Shown here: one piece after another, positions 63,989 through 64,000 of the stretch
Layout of the letters: each line of letters begins with the position of its first letter
Position numbering within the stretch: position 1 is the stretch's first letter
DNA from: a virus
Strand: one strand, 5' to 3'
DNA length: 64,000 bases
IMG/VR virus record: IMGVR_UViG_3300045988_113151
Notes under the pieces: generated by a model
What the model saw: only the letters and a program-made list of their open reading frames with translations
Told to the model about the DNA's origin: nothing
Databases searched by the model: none
Position numbers and translations under genes: made by a program

Positions 63989-64000
63989 AGTAGAGATGCT

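Noticed and set aside
1-64000. CRISPR arrays, integrase or att sites, transposases, rRNA
   Set aside because: I saw no regularly spaced direct repeats and no recombinase or transposase motifs. tRNA-like elements are present, but nothing indicates integration.

Overview
AT-rich dsDNA phage segment whose gene content and layout match a crAss-like (Crassvirales) podovirus. It has three transcription blocks. (i) 1-31251, plus strand, late/virion block. It holds the end of a DGR-diversified target gene, the DGR template repeat and reverse transcriptase, a holin/lysis cassette, and tail and virion proteins. It also holds a 4408-codon giant ORF with an HExxH motif and the DxDxD motif of the crAss-type virion RNA polymerase, followed by a 1468-codon virion protein. 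These genes are open only if TAG is read as a sense codon: I counted about 140 in-frame TAGs, and every gene ends in TAA or TGA. (ii) 31291-60798, minus strand, early/replication block, readable in the standard code. It encodes a PD-(D/E)XK nuclease, a metallophosphoesterase, a DUF1064-type endonuclease, a primase, an SSB-like protein, a DnaB-like helicase, a family B DNA polymerase, tRNA-Arg(UCU), an ECF-type sigma factor and many small ORFans. An AAA+ ATPase and a Sak4-like ATPase are each split by a group I-like intron carrying a homing endonuclease. About 6 kb of this block has no ORFs; it includes a circularly permuted tmRNA-like gene, tRNA-like elements and two pairs of paralogous non-coding elements. 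(iii) 61154-64000, plus strand, small genes, some again with in-frame TAG. I saw no rRNA, CRISPR array, integrase or transposase. All calls come from reading the sequence and recalling motifs; no database search was run.
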